IMG/VR virus record: IMGVR_UViG_3300009080_000001
Location: 20,759 to 84,758 of that record
Direction: 5' to 3' (one strand)
Length of the DNA: 64,000 nt
From: a virus
Part shown: positions 28,354 to 34,850 of the stretch, in pieces
Numbering within the stretch: the stretch's first letter is position 1
Layout of the letters: each line of letters begins with the position of its first letter
Made by a program: the position numbers and the translations under genes
The notes under the pieces: model-generated
The model's input: the letters and a program-made list of their open reading frames with translations, nothing else
The model's database searches: none
What the model was told of the DNA's origin: nothing

Positions 28354-28750
28354 AGAAAATGAGAAACTAAGATTACTTGGAAATATCGGAAAAGAAGGCG
28401 ATAAAGGATTCGTTCCAAAAGGAACAGAAGTTACTTTCGTAAAGGCTATTGACCAAGGATTAGCATCATTTGTAGTAGTACAACTAGATGATAGGATATT
28501 CACAATCAAAGAGATAGCAGTAGAGCCTCTTGAGACGAACACATTAGCTGTTTTAAAGGACTTTAACCGTGAACTTATAGCTGAGAACCCTGAATTAGCT
28601 AAGTACCACCACAACGTATTTATGAGACTATTTCACCGTATTAAGGATTTCTTTAAAAACTTATTGACAAGGAAACCTAAAGAGATTAAGATAGAGGAAG
28701 ATCTTAGTGGTCTTAAAGATTTAATCAATGATGGAGGAGAAATTGAGTAA
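28346..28750 (+). CDS. hypothetical protein
   Basis: ATG supplied by the end of the upstream module. Confidence 0.6.
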   Translation: MYKENEKLRLLGNIGKEGDKGFVPKGTEVTFVKAIDQGLASFVVVQLDDRIFTIKEIAVEPLETNTLAVLKDFNRELIAENPELAKYHHNVFMRLFHRIKDFFKNLLTRKPKEIKIEEDLSGLKDLINDGGEIE

Positions 28751-29066
28751 GTTAATATTAGGAGGAAGGTATGTCTTTAATGTAAAAAAGCGTTGCACTT
28801 TAGTTGGTTTTGATGATGATGGTGATATTTTAGTACTTTTCGATGACGTTAACTATAATACTCCTTTTGGTACTACAACATATAGCGAGTCTGTAGGTAG
28901 CTGGGATAATCTTATTGAATTTAAAGGAGATGCGGTTGGGTATTCAGAATGTCCATTAATGTTAGAACCGTTAGAAATTAAAGTAAATGACACAAGATTA
29001 GCACGTAAATTATATCCAAATGCTAGATTACAAGCAGACGGTATGTTATTAATAGAGGTGAAATAA
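28728..29066 (+). CDS. TRLARK-module protein
   Basis: VNDTRLARKLYPNARLQADGMLLI. Confidence 0.8.
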   Translation: MMEEKLSKLILGGRYVFNVKKRCTLVGFDDDGDILVLFDDVNYNTPFGTTTYSESVGSWDNLIEFKGDAVGYSECPLMLEPLEIKVNDTRLARKLYPNARLQADGMLLIEVK

Positions 29067-29287
29067 TGGATATTTTATTGTATTTATTTTTAGGAGTAGT
29101 ATTATTTGCTGTTGGTAGTGTAATTATTATGTTTAGGTCAATAAACAAAGTTGTTTATTTCTTTAAATGTAATCCAAATGGTTTACCAAGTAAATTACCA
29201 GAAGAAGTGCAAGAGTTTAAAGATCATGTCGGAGAAGAACAGTTCCAAGAATTATACGATAAATTTCAAAAGGAAAACAATGAGTAA
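29066..29287 (+). CDS. single-TM membrane protein
   Basis: N-terminal hydrophobic helix. Confidence 0.55.
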   Translation: MDILLYLFLGVVLFAVGSVIIMFRSINKVVYFFKCNPNGLPSKLPEEVQEFKDHVGEEQFQELYDKFQKENNE

Positions 29288-29960
29288 ATATAAATGTAAA
29301 TACGGACTATATCACGATAAACCAGTAGTACAGAATCAGCCTAGTAGTAATAATGGTTGGATTTATACTGCATATTCTAAGTATTTAGCTCCCGGAAATA
29401 TAGACTCAACTAGAGTTAGATTAACATTTCAAAGCTGTAGAAAGAGTTATACTCCTTTAATTATAAATAGACTACCTAATAAGCCAAAACCTCCGCTTTC
29501 TAAAGATGAGGTTATTGGACAAGTATCTCTAGGTTTACTACATAATGAGGAACTTGAAAGAAGTCACTATAATTTCTGTAATATTGATAAGAGTTTTGAC
29601 AGGAAGTTATCATTTAAAAGTCTGATAAAAGCTATCAAAGTACTATATAAAGCTAAAGATGAACATAGAAATTACATCTGGGAAAATGAGGTTGTGGAAG
29701 CTTATCCATTAGCATTCAGATTACCACCTGAAGACATTTATTACGTTAAAGAGTATAGTGGTGTGAGAGCCTCTATTTTCGAGTCTGTAGCGTTCTATTT
29801 AAACGCAGCCATGACTATACATAATGGAGATAAAAGCTCCAGAATGCTGTTATTCCTTAAATTAGAGGATATGAATCATTGGTTGAAGAGGTTTGTTGAT
29901 AAAGATAAATGGGTTAGAGATTATTTCGAAGAGAATCACGATTTTGTGAAGAATCTGTGA
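29280..29960 (+). CDS. hypothetical protein
   Basis: ATG 29280 after AAGGA; long ORF. Confidence 0.65.
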   Translation: MSKYKCKYGLYHDKPVVQNQPSSNNGWIYTAYSKYLAPGNIDSTRVRLTFQSCRKSYTPLIINRLPNKPKPPLSKDEVIGQVSLGLLHNEELERSHYNFCNIDKSFDRKLSFKSLIKAIKVLYKAKDEHRNYIWENEVVEAYPLAFRLPPEDIYYVKEYSGVRASIFESVAFYLNAAMTIHNGDKSSRMLLFLKLEDMNHWLKRFVDKDKWVRDYFEENHDFVKNL

Positions 29961-30295
29961 AAGGTTATATAAAGATAAAAGTACCAATGTATCGACAGAA
30001 AGGACTAGTTCCTGATATGTGGACATGTACTTATTATGAGAAATTCCCGTACATTTATATGTCAGAAGACTTAACTCACTATTTAAGTAAATGGTTAGAA
30101 ATTAAAGGTGTTAGATGTTCAGTAGGTGGTATGGTACATAGAGGATTTAGAACTCACTATATTATAGATAGAGATAAGATGATAACTAGAGTACGTGATA
30201 CTAGATTAGCTAGGAAGGTATTAAAAGAGGACGAGATACTTAAAATTAAAGATGGTTGGATATATATGTTTAATGAGGAGGTTAGACTTGGCTAA
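29957..30295 (+). CDS. TRLARK-module protein
   Basis: VRDTRLARKVLKEDEILKIKDGWIYM. Confidence 0.75.
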   Translation: MKGYIKIKVPMYRQKGLVPDMWTCTYYEKFPYIYMSEDLTHYLSKWLEIKGVRCSVGGMVHRGFRTHYIIDRDKMITRVRDTRLARKVLKEDEILKIKDGWIYMFNEEVRLG

Positions 30296-30680
30296 GAAAC
30301 TAGATAAAGGTAAACCTAGAATGGATTTAATTAATCCAAGGTTTTTAGAGGAATTAGGAGAAGGATTAGGTTTCGGAGCTAGTAAGTACTCTGATTATAA
30401 TTACAGAGAAGGTGAAGGTCTGGATAGATCGAGACTGTATGCATCGGCAATGAGACATCTCTTAAAATATGCTAAAGGTGAAAAAATAGATGAAGAAAGT
30501 GACATTTCGCACTTGACCGCAGTAGCAATTAATTGTATGATGATTTATACCCTTGAAGAAGAAAACAAGGGGACTGAGTATGACGCTTGGGTTATGGAGG
30601 AAACTGATGACACAAAAGAAAATCCCTCAAAAGAAGGATCTCAAAGACGAAAGGTTAAACAAGTTACAAAGAAGAGTTAA
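30288..30680 (+). CDS. dATP/dGTP diphosphohydrolase-like protein (DUF5664-type)
   Basis: KLDKGKPRMDLI...FGASKY..YNYR...SAMRHL...GEKIDEES..SHL. Confidence 0.8.
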   Translation: MAKKLDKGKPRMDLINPRFLEELGEGLGFGASKYSDYNYREGEGLDRSRLYASAMRHLLKYAKGEKIDEESDISHLTAVAINCMMIYTLEEENKGTEYDAWVMEETDDTKENPSKEGSQRRKVKQVTKKS

Positions 30681-30966
30681 AAGATTAGAGAAAGAAAATT
30701 CATTATTAAGAAGTGAAATTAAGACATTAGAAGCGTATAGATTAAAAACAAATACTTATATTGACGAAGAACTAGATGGTGTACCAGTAGAAGATGTTAT
30801 TAAAAGTGTTGAGAAAAAGCTTACGTTGAAGAAAGTTAAGGAAAAAGATAAACATAAATGTAATGCTTGCGGAAATATGAGCTTAAAGATTATGCCTATA
30901 TTAAACGGAGAGTTAAACTTATGTGGAGATTGTGGATTTAGAAAGGTGATTAAAGATGAACAATAA
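30553..30966 (+). CDS. coiled-coil + Zn-ribbon protein
   Basis: CNACG...CGDCG. Confidence 0.6.
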   Translation: MKKKTRGLSMTLGLWRKLMTQKKIPQKKDLKDERLNKLQRRVKRLEKENSLLRSEIKTLEAYRLKTNTYIDEELDGVPVEDVIKSVEKKLTLKKVKEKDKHKCNACGNMSLKIMPILNGELNLCGDCGFRKVIKDEQ

Positions 30967-31216
30967 ATTAATGAGTTACGAAGAAGCTAAGGAACAGTTG
31001 AAGGAAGTCGAGACAAAACAAAGGTATATGAAAGGTGAAAGAAAAGACGATGAAAAAGGCGATTTTACTATTAGAATGGCTCAAATACATGTGAGCATGT
31101 ATAAGAAGGAGATTAATAAATTACTAACTATCATACATATACATAAACAGAGTCGAAAGTTATGGTCTGAGAAAGAATATTGGAAAGCTAAATACATAGG
31201 AGTACCTTGTGAGTAA
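30956..31216 (+). CDS. hypothetical protein
   Basis: coupled ORF. Confidence 0.55.
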   Translation: MNNKLMSYEEAKEQLKEVETKQRYMKGERKDDEKGDFTIRMAQIHVSMYKKEINKLLTIIHIHKQSRKLWSEKEYWKAKYIGVPCE

Positions 31217-31643
31217 AAAAATATACAATAAATTAGTTAGAAGTGAAATACCGACTATTATCAGAGAAAGCGGTAAAGAGTGTATGTACGGTAAATTAAA
31301 TTTAGAAAATAATAAAGATGAGATTATAAAATTACTAAAAGAGAAGTTAGTTGAAGAAGCTAGAGAAGTAATAGAAACATTACATAAAGGCGATTTACTA
31401 GAGGAATTAGGTGATTTAGAAAATGTAATATATAGTCTAAAAAAAGTGTTACGTGTAGAAAATGATGAGGTAAGAACCTTATCTAATGCTAAAACTATAA
31501 AAAAAGGTAATCTTGGTTCAATAATGTTAGATTCAAAAGGTCAATATATTCCTTTAAAAAATGCTAAAAGTAGACATGATGTTAATTACGAATTTATTAA
31601 ACTAATATCGGTAGAGGACAATGGACAAGAAACTAAGGACTAG
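31209..31643 (+). CDS. MazG-like/PRA-PH nucleoside triphosphate pyrophosphohydrolase
   Basis: YNKLVRSEIP, KLVEEARE, LEELGDLENV. Confidence 0.8.
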   Translation: MSKKIYNKLVRSEIPTIIRESGKECMYGKLNLENNKDEIIKLLKEKLVEEAREVIETLHKGDLLEELGDLENVIYSLKKVLRVENDEVRTLSNAKTIKKGNLGSIMLDSKGQYIPLKNAKSRHDVNYEFIKLISVEDNGQETKD

Positions 31644-32034
31644 AGTTACTAATTTAATGCGTAGAGACTTGAAAAAGACTACCATGTATAGTAATGCTAA
31701 AAAGAGACATTTCAAAGGTAAGACTGTGTATTACTGTCCTATCTGTACTAAACACTTCTACACAGGAGCTTCTGAGAAGAACTTTGAAGCACTTAAAGAA
31801 ACATACGAGGATTTAGTTAGGTGTAAGGAGAAAGAGTTCCACATGGATCATGTAGAGCCTCTGACACCATATGACAAAGAGTTCCATGATATGAATTTAG
31901 ATGAAATAGCTGATAGAAATTACTGTAAAGAAGATAATCTACAGTACATATGTCATGTTTGTCATAAAGAGAAAACATCTAAAGAGAGTACTATTAGAAG
32001 TAAATATAAGAAGTTAAAGAAAATGGAGGAATAA
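31621..32034 (+). CDS. HNH endonuclease
   Basis: CPIC...MDHVEP...NLQYICHVCHKEKT. Confidence 0.8.
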   Translation: MDKKLRTRVTNLMRRDLKKTTMYSNAKKRHFKGKTVYYCPICTKHFYTGASEKNFEALKETYEDLVRCKEKEFHMDHVEPLTPYDKEFHDMNLDEIADRNYCKEDNLQYICHVCHKEKTSKESTIRSKYKKLKKMEE

Positions 32035-32264
32035 TGGATACTACGTTATTAATATATTGTGTTATATCATTCATAGGTACAGTGTTGCACGGTTTTTATA
32101 CTGAATATTTTAAATATGATAAAGCAACTTTAACTATTTTAGAAATTATACAGATATTTGTTTGTGGTTTTATGGGGCCTGTAATTTTTCCGATTATGTT
32201 ATTTTTTTGGATAATAAATAGGGACTTTTGGAATAAAGAAGTATTCAAAAAAGGTGAAGAATGA
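32034..32264 (+). CDS. two-TM membrane protein
   Basis: hydrophobic helices. Confidence 0.55.
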   Translation: MDTTLLIYCVISFIGTVLHGFYTEYFKYDKATLTILEIIQIFVCGFMGPVIFPIMLFFWIINRDFWNKEVFKKGEE

Positions 32265-32485
32265 TCGGTTGGAAAAACGTAAAAGATACAAGATTAGCTA
32301 GAAAGATGTTCCCTGACTTTAAAGAGTCCGAAAAAGACGGGTATATTATGATCCCAGAACCTATAGATTTAACTAATACTACGTTTGCTGAAAGAGCACA
32401 TATAGCTGAACAATTGTTACAATACGGACTTATTACTACAAAAGAAGAATATTTAAAAATAATTGATAATATCCAACAAAAGTAG
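32261..32485 (+). CDS. protein with N-terminal TRLARK module
   Basis: MIGWKNVKDTRLARKMFPDFKESEKDGYIMIP followed by a helical domain. Confidence 0.75.
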   Translation: MIGWKNVKDTRLARKMFPDFKESEKDGYIMIPEPIDLTNTTFAERAHIAEQLLQYGLITTKEEYLKIIDNIQQK

Positions 32486-32514
32486 TTGACAGGGTTTTCT
32501 AAATAGATTATATT
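32486..32514 (+). promoter_or_regulatory. sigma70-type promoter
   Basis: TTGACA 32486-32491, 17 nt, TATATT 32509-32514. Confidence 0.75.
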
Positions 32515-32541
32515 TAAGACTAATCTATTAAAGGAGAATTA

Positions 32542-33306
32542 ATGAAGAAACTACTTTTAGCAATTATGCTACTACCAACACTGGCATTCGCCAATCTAAA
32601 CACAATCAAACTTACTGATAAAAACACTATCAGTTTCAACGAACAATTCAATGCAATGACTGTTGCAGCAAAACAAGCACAATTATTCGAATTAGCATCT
32701 AGTTCACAAGAAAAGGACTTATATATAGTTATGTATACTCCCGGTGGCTCAGTATCTGCTGGAGCTTTATTTATCGATACAGCAAGAGCATTAGGTAAGA
32801 ACATTCACACAATCACTATTTTCAGCGCATCTATGGGCTACCACACCGTTCAAGGACTTGGCAAGAGGTATATTCTACCATCTGGGGTTCTAATGTCTCA
32901 CAGAGCTTATGTAAGCGGATTACAGGGTCAATTTCCGGGTGAACTAAATCAAAGAGTTGAGATGCTTATGAAGTCTACTGAAGACCTTGATAAGATTGCT
33001 GCTGCTAGAGTTGGTTTAAGTCTTAAGGAATACAAATCTACTATTCACGATGAACTATGGTTAACTGGTGCTGATGCTGTTAAAAGAGGTCATGCTGATG
33101 AAGTTGTACAAGCTATCTGTGGAGAAAGTCTAAGTGGATTATACGAGAAAGTATTTAACACATTCTTTGGACCAGTTATTGTTGAATTTGCTAATTGTCC
33201 ATTAATTGTAGGACCAGTTAATATCAAAGGATCAAACGAAGCAATTATGGAAGTTAAAAAGAACATCCTAGACGATGTAACTAAAAAGGTTAAAACACTA
33301 CTATAA
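32542..33306 (+). CDS. ClpP-like protease with N-terminal signal peptide
   Basis: MKKLLLAIMLLPTLAFA; YTPGGSV, FSASMG, LMSH, ELWLTGADAVKRGHADEV. Confidence 0.8.
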   Translation: MKKLLLAIMLLPTLAFANLNTIKLTDKNTISFNEQFNAMTVAAKQAQLFELASSSQEKDLYIVMYTPGGSVSAGALFIDTARALGKNIHTITIFSASMGYHTVQGLGKRYILPSGVLMSHRAYVSGLQGQFPGELNQRVEMLMKSTEDLDKIAAARVGLSLKEYKSTIHDELWLTGADAVKRGHADEVVQAICGESLSGLYEKVFNTFFGPVIVEFANCPLIVGPVNIKGSNEAIMEVKKNILDDVTKKVKTLL

Positions 33307-33737
33307 TGGCTGATTTAGACGAATTACTAGAATTATTAGAAAAGAAAGTACAGGAGAAGGAGGCTGAAAAGTCTCCTAAACCTGAACAAAAAGAGTCCAC
33401 TAGAAGGTTCATAGAGAAATCTAATATCCGAAAAGGACTAGACAGAGTACCAAATTATGTTATATTCTTTACATACATGAAGAAGTACCGAGCAAGAGTT
33501 GGAGAAGAGAAATGGTCAAAAGTACATTTCTTTAGGTTATTTAACAGACAATTCGATCAAGCTAGAGTTGGTAAACAAAGATACTACGTACTAGATGGAA
33601 GCTCATTTGATCTAACAAGGGAAGGAAGAATTGAAGCGAAAGCATACGACAAAGAATACAGGCGACAAGTCGGCATCAAAACAGGCAAAATCAAGCTTAG
33701 AAAGCGACGTAAAGCCGTTAAAAACGAAGAGGGATAG
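33306..33737 (+). CDS. putative DNA-binding (winged-helix-like) protein
   Basis: basic; IFFTY..Y...WSKVHFFRLF...RYYVL pattern. Confidence 0.5.
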   Translation: MADLDELLELLEKKVQEKEAEKSPKPEQKESTRRFIEKSNIRKGLDRVPNYVIFFTYMKKYRARVGEEKWSKVHFFRLFNRQFDQARVGKQRYYVLDGSSFDLTREGRIEAKAYDKEYRRQVGIKTGKIKLRKRRKAVKNEEG

Positions 33738-34290
33738 TCACCAATACCCTAACCTTAAGAAGTCGTTAAACACGAAACTAAGGCGTGATTACTTGGATAA
33801 CCTGTACTATGTAGATGGTGTTAAAAACAAGAAAGATGGTGAAGATGTAATACGCCCTTTAAATGACTCTGAAAAAGAGTGGCTTAATAAGTTTAATGGT
33901 GAATACTACGGAGCAAGTTTTGATAAGAACGATGATAATAATCTACACAGTAATCGTGCCGATGATGTTACTATATATAATGTTAGGCAAGACATAAGTA
34001 GAATTAGAAAGGAAGCTGCGGCAGCATCTAAAGAAGATGACTCGGAATTAGCTAAAGAGCTGTATTTAGAATTAGAAGAGCAACTAGAGTACTTAAGAGA
34101 CATCTACCCGAAAAAGAAGTGTCAGGATGATAATAACTCTAGGAATAGATGTTTATTGAATACTGGTAAAGCTACTAATGAGGTTAAATTTATACCTTGG
34201 GAAACAATGGATCAAAATATCTTAGGTGATATGGATATAGAATTACTATATATTTTAAATGATATGATTGCGGAGGAAGAAGGTGAGTAA
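33631..34290 (+). CDS. hypothetical protein
   Basis: long ORF. Confidence 0.65.
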   Translation: MKRKHTTKNTGDKSASKQAKSSLESDVKPLKTKRDSHQYPNLKKSLNTKLRRDYLDNLYYVDGVKNKKDGEDVIRPLNDSEKEWLNKFNGEYYGASFDKNDDNNLHSNRADDVTIYNVRQDISRIRKEAAAASKEDDSELAKELYLELEEQLEYLRDIYPKKKCQDDNNSRNRCLLNTGKATNEVKFIPWETMDQNILGDMDIELLYILNDMIAEEEGE

Positions 34291-34567
34291 ATTTAAGGTT
34301 GGAGACAAGGTTTTGGTTGTTGGGTCTGATAGTTTAACTAGATATTACTTAAATTTTGGTTTGTTTGATAGAACAGGGTTAGTTGGAGTAGTAAAATTCG
34401 TTCGCAATCGAGAACGTAATATGTACTTAATACAGTTTAACGATGAAATAGATGGTATGAAGTTTGCAGAAAGTGAACTGGAGTTTGCAAGATATAAATA
34501 TACTAGACTTGCTGAGAAGATGTTCCCAAAAGGTCACAGAGAAGGTGATTGGTGGGTATTAGAGTAA
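34283..34567 (+). CDS. TRLARK-module protein (YTRLAEK subtype)
   Basis: SKFKVGDKV; YKYTRLAEKMFPKGHREGDWWVLE; last gene of the + arm. Confidence 0.8.
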   Translation: MSKFKVGDKVLVVGSDSLTRYYLNFGLFDRTGLVGVVKFVRNRERNMYLIQFNDEIDGMKFAESELEFARYKYTRLAEKMFPKGHREGDWWVLE

Positions 34568-34846
34568 AGATAATACTTTAACTACACTGTACACTGCTCC
34601 TGCAATCGCACCTAAACCTGTAGCAACAGATATAGATAACTTTAAAAGATAAGATATAGACAACCTATCTTCTATAATTTTAACATGTTTTTCAAGTAAA
34701 TCAGTTCTACGAATATGATGGTCCAAAGAGTCGGTGTTTCTAGCAACATTCAAATTGATCTTATTAACGTGATCTTGCACGTTATCTACCGCTTCTTTAA
34801 CATCTTCAATTCTATCAATTACTAAATCTAACTTATCCTTAGCCAT
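34559..34846 (-). CDS. coiled coil + C-terminal TM protein (holin/XhlA-like)
   Basis: NTDSLDHHIRRTDLLE then a hydrophobic helix. Confidence 0.5.
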   Translation of the reverse strand: MAKDKLDLVIDRIEDVKEAVDNVQDHVNKINLNVARNTDSLDHHIRRTDLLEKHVKIIEDRLSISYLLKLSISVATGLGAIAGAVYSVVKVLSLL

Positions 34847-34850
34847 AACA

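Noticed and set aside
30288-30680. Z-genome (2-aminoadenine) pathway
   Set aside because: No PurZ or HD-family DatZ homolog is visible; a diphosphohydrolase alone is insufficient.
6790-34530. TRLARK repeats as a CRISPR array, integron attC sites or palindromic mobile DNA (RPE/MITE-like)
   Set aside because: Copies are irregularly spaced, always in frame, vary at synonymous positions, and show no palindromes, terminal repeats or target duplications. No integrase or cas operon is in the window.
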